From assembly GCF_009914755.1 (NCBI RefSeq), contig NC_060926.1: a stretch of DNA of 64,000 bases; one strand, given 5' to 3'. Both the position numbers and the translations under genes were made by a program. The notes below the pieces were generated by a model. The model was not told where the DNA came from and made no database searches. It worked only from the letters and a program-made list of their open reading frames with translations. Of the stretch, positions 57,427-64,000 are shown piece after piece (the first letter of the stretch is position 1; every line of letters starts with the position of its first letter). Source of the stretch: the human T2T-CHM13v2.0 reference genome, Homo sapiens.

Positions 57427-58058
57427 GTTCAGCGCTCGGTGGCGAGTCCTCGGCTCAGCCCACAGCACTCCCCCAGGGAGAGCATGCCAGGTCGCCCCAG
57501 CCCCGTGGCCCCGCAGAGGAGGGCAGAGGCCCTGGTGAGAAACAGAGGCCCCGGGCAAGTCAGGGGCCACCCTCGGCCATCAGCAGGCACAGTCCCGGGC
57601 CGACGCCCCAGCCCGACTGTAGCCTCAGGACCGGCCAGAGGAGCGTCCAGGTGTCGGTCACCTCGTCGTGCTCCCAGCTGTCCTCCTCCTCGGGCTCATC
57701 CTCCTCATCCGTGGCGCCCGCTGCCGGCACGTGGGTCCTGCAGGCCTCCCAGTGCTCCTTGACCAAGGCCTGCCGCCAGCCACCCATTGTCTTCTTGCCC
57801 AAGCTCGTGTACGACATGGTTGTGTCCACTGACAGCAGTGGCCTGCCCAAGGCCGCCTCCCTCCTGCCCTCCCCCTCGGTCATGTGGGCCAGCTCTTTCC
57901 GCCCCCTGCTCAGCAAGACCATGACATCCACCGAGCAGTCCCTCTACTACCGGCAGTGGACGGTGCCCCGGCCCAGCCACATGGACTACGGCAACCGGGC
58001 CGAGGGCCGCGTGGACGGCTTCCACCCCCGCAGGCTGCTGCTCAGCGGCCCCCCTCAG
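57427..58058 (+). CDS. GREB1: GREB1 exon 22 (632 bp): GSALGGESSAQP...RLLLSGPPQ
   Basis: Branch ccctgac, tcag|GTTCA, TCAG|gtgagt. Confidence 0.96.
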
Positions 58059-58831
58059 GTGAGTGTTGCTCGCTGCCCCAGCACAGCCCCGGACTGGGGG
58101 GGTCCTCACACTCCCATCTGGAGGGCAGGCCTGGGGGTGACCGCACCCACGTCTTCACTTTTCACCCTTCCCGTGGTGGAATCTTCTCCAATGGCCTGGG
58201 GTGGACCGGAGGGAGGAGGGCAGGACTCATCTGCCACTCAGGGCTGGTGGCTTCCATTCCTCCCCTGTGTGATGTAGGGGGCGGACAGGAGACCTTTCTG
58301 GGTGTATCAGACTACGGTTCCTCAATCCACATCATCTCACTCGGCCACTGCCCATGTTCTCTGACAAATAGAAACAAAACTCTGGGTTCTCCACTGGAAG
58401 GTTTCGGTGAACCATGAACGGAGAACTAGGGGTTCTGTTTCCCTGTCTCAGCCTTCCTGCAATGCATGGTGTTTCCTTAACAACAAAAGTCCATTTCACC
58501 TCTCAATGGCAGAATCTCCTGTGCGTGAGCCTGTGGGGAGGAGGAGGGCTGGGGACTGGAATCTGCTCTTTGGAACAGAGCTGGGCTTTGGGGCTGGGAT
58601 GCGGTTCAGTATCCATTTGTTTCTTAAACTTGTAGAATGAACAATATTACTTTTTCTGATTTAAAAAGGACAAAAGAAAATGTTTCTTACCAAGGAGTCT
58701 CCCTTCTTCCATACCCTCACACTATTGGATATTATCAGTTTAAAATCGTTGTCTCTTTGATGGGTGAAAAATAATACCTTACGGTTTTACTAGTAAGGTT
58801 GACATATTCTTGTGTTTTTACTGGTCGTTGA

Positions 58832-59400
<569 letters not shown>

Positions 59401-60043
59401 AGGAAACCCACGCCTGTAGTGGCTGTTTATACAGTGGTACAGGGAGGGTACTGGGCCAGACCATGGGTACTTCTCAATCAGTAATAACCAAAATGGACTA
59501 AGATTAATAGGAGGTATGCTAGCCTGAAGCTGGGCTGGGGAAGCAGGGAACTCTACGTTATAGGAAGCAGGAGAAGGAAGAAGAAGAAAGTTGTTCTTTT
59601 CCTGGGTTTAGAAGGAGAAATACGAGAAGCATTTTTTTTTTATGTCTTATACAATGAATTTTGCTGTCTTGTACAGACATAATGATTAAGACAAGCAATT
59701 TGCAAGATTCATAAGGCATGTTTATAGTATCCTATTTTTTTGAAGCAGCTTGCTTTGGCTTATGATAAACTTCTATTTCTAACAGCTTAAAAATGCGGCT
59801 GGTTAAAATCTAGAGATGCGTGTGCGACGATATTTAAGCAGGAAGGCCTTATGCTCGTGGGAGTCCATTTGTCCACCTGCCACGCTTCTTCCCTTCAAAT
59901 ATCTTTGCATCCACAGGGTTCTCATTTTAAAGACAGGATCTTCAAGTGAGGCAGATGTCAGGAGCCATGCCAGGTGTTCAGCCGGTGCCTGGCACGCGGA
60001 TGGGGCTTCCTCACTGGGGGTTTTAACTCCTATACCTTTACAG

Positions 60044-60146
60044 ATCGGGAAGACAGGTGCCTACCTGCAGTTCCTCAGTGTCCTGTCCAGGATGCTTGTT
60101 CGGCTCACAGAAGTGGATGTCTATGACGAGGAGGAGATCAATATCA
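60044..60146 (+). CDS. GREB1: GREB1 exon 23 (103 bp): [34 protein letters not shown]
   Basis: acag|ATCGG, ATCA|gtgagt. Confidence 0.95.
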
Positions 60147-61204
60147 GTGAGTTATCTGTTTGGGGTTATGTGGGCTTGGAGCCACCTTCATCACTTTCTC
60201 AAGTGACTTTAATTTTATATTTCACTTTCTAGATGGAATTCTCAGATTCATGATCAGACTCATCCCAAGGACCTTGTAGGGGGTGCTATTTATCTTGTAG
60301 TCATTTTTCTCAGTATCAGGCCTTTGCTGTAGTGATACAATTATGATTATTAGCTGTTTACTGAGTACCTTCCACATGTGGAGCGCTGACCTAGATACTT
60401 TGCACAAGTTACCATGTCAATTTCTTAGGCGCAGGGTGAGATAGATGTTCCATTCTCCTGATAAATCACATGCTTGGGAGCCCAGCTGAGTAGTGGCAGG
60501 GCTGGAAGGAATTAGATTTGACTGCTGCCTCTGCAAAGCAGACTTACCCCTCAGGAGAGGTTTCCTGCTCAGGCAGCTGAGCAGGGAGGTCAGTGTCTTG
60601 GGGCAAAATAGAAATACATGAAATGTGGGGAAAATCCTGTTCTCATTTCCAGAACAGAGTTTACCCTGATTAAGGTCAGTTTCTTTTTGAGCACCCCTTT
60701 TGTGCTCATGTAAAATAACCTCCCCTGTTTCCTCCTCATCCCTCCTCCCAGTGGCTCATAAACTTGGTCTGGTCAATGAATCTGCTGTGCTGGGAGAGAG
60801 AGCTTGTCAGACGAGTCCTGTCTGTGTTGTGGAGAGGTTGCCAGCCAGCTGCACCAGTGTCTGAAGGGCACTTGGTGAGATGCTGTCGATTGTGCTTCAG
60901 TTTTGACTTGGAGAAAATTTGGAGCCAAGGAAGCCCATCCAGCCCTCGGCCTTCCCTCCCAGGAAAGGAGAGGCTCTTCAGCTGGCTCTGAGTTTTCTAA
61001 GGTTTCCCCACAGTTTGGAACCACATTTCAGATGAAGTCTGCAGCCCTGCTGAATTTGTCTCCTTGCTTTCTTGGACATACCAGTGATAAAGACAGGATT
61101 TGAACCCAGTTTGTTCAGTGTTAAAGCCCATTCTTTAAATCTTATCTCTTTTGTTGAATAGGGATAATTTCTCTATTATAGGGTTTTATGGGGATTAAAT
61201 GTGA

Positions 61205-61534
<330 letters not shown>

Positions 61535-62204
61535 TAGGCATTTCTCCCCTGCCTTCCTGTGGACATGCACTCTGCCCATGTGTGTACTATAGTAGGACAT
61601 GTATTTAATATAATCAACATGTTTTATAATTTGAATTGGGCCATCTAGATTTTTCTACCTTAGACACTTAGTAAGCACCATAGACTACAATGATCACCAT
61701 GTGAGATGAGACATGGCAAATGGAAGAGTGTGGTTTGGGCTACGAATGTTGTTGGCATCAGAAGGGAGAAGCCCCTAGGCTGGAGCACTCTGAGAGGCTT
61801 TCTATAGGTGGAGTGACAGGAGCTGAGCCATACTGGCTGGGGGGCATTTAGATAGAGGCAAGAAAGGAAGCTATGCAGGTTTTGCTGGCATTGGCCACCA
61901 GTGTGGTCACCTGGGGGGATGGTGCTGGGGTGAAGCACAGGGCTGAGGTCCTCTGGGTCAGGACTCTGGCCGGAGTGGAAGTCAGACTTAGGGACAGGAG
62001 AGCAAAGCCATTCTCACAGCAAACAGCACAAGGCTGTTGCTCTGGATGGAGATAGCTCTGAATGCACATTCTTGCCTCATTAGAACATTCCTGAAAATGG
62101 AATATGTGTCAAGAGCCTTGCAGATACAATGGGGTTTCCCAGCAGCCCACGGACTCAATAACAATTCCACTCCAAGCATCATCCTTTGTGCGCATTTAAA
62201 ATTT

Positions 62205-63845
<1,641 letters not shown>

Positions 63846-63848
63846 TAT

Positions 63849-64000
63849 AGCAACCTTATCCAACCCACAGGCTGCATGTGGCCCAGGACAGCTTTGAATG
63901 AGGCCCAACATAAATTTGTAAACTTTCTGAAAACATTACGAGATTATTTTTGCAATTTTTTTTTAAGCTCAACAGCTATCATTAGTGTTAGTGTATTTTA
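63849..64000 (-). mobile_element. MER30 fragment
   Basis: GGCCCAGGACAGCTTTGAATG...AGCTATCATTAGTGTTAGTGTATTT. Confidence 0.7.

Overview
Human (or very close great-ape) genomic DNA lying entirely inside GREB1 (Growth Regulating Estrogen Receptor Binding 1, chr2p25), transcribed on the + strand. I read 21 consecutive coding exons from the sequence (exons 3-23, about codons 53-1383). Their splice phases chain without a break. Exon and residue numbers come from my recollection of the reference mRNA/protein. Two alternative terminal exons give the short isoforms GREB1c (409 aa) and GREB1b (457 aa), and both appear to be exonized transposon sequence. The introns hold three small-RNA retropseudogenes (tailless U2 and 7SL with clean TSDs, and 5S fused to an Alu), about 25 Alus, THE1 LTRs, MER20/MER5A/MER8/Tigger3/MER30, and two minisatellites. 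Most notable: (1) a Walker-B/motif-III-like segment about 580 aa upstream of a perfect GxxxxGKT P-loop, consistent with a circularly permuted SF2-like NTPase; (2) a GC-AG intron 9 whose MER5A-derived alternative exon acceptor probably coincides with an endometriosis GWAS SNP; (3) a minisatellite built from copies of the exon 13 splice donor; (4) an intron 21 array of AGGTCA nuclear-receptor half-sites every 32 bp, near a perfect DR1 and an 87-bp intronic copy of exon 22; (5) a probable retroposed foreign 3'UTR supplying the GREB1b poly(A) signal. Most listed ORFs are Alu or simple-repeat artefacts.
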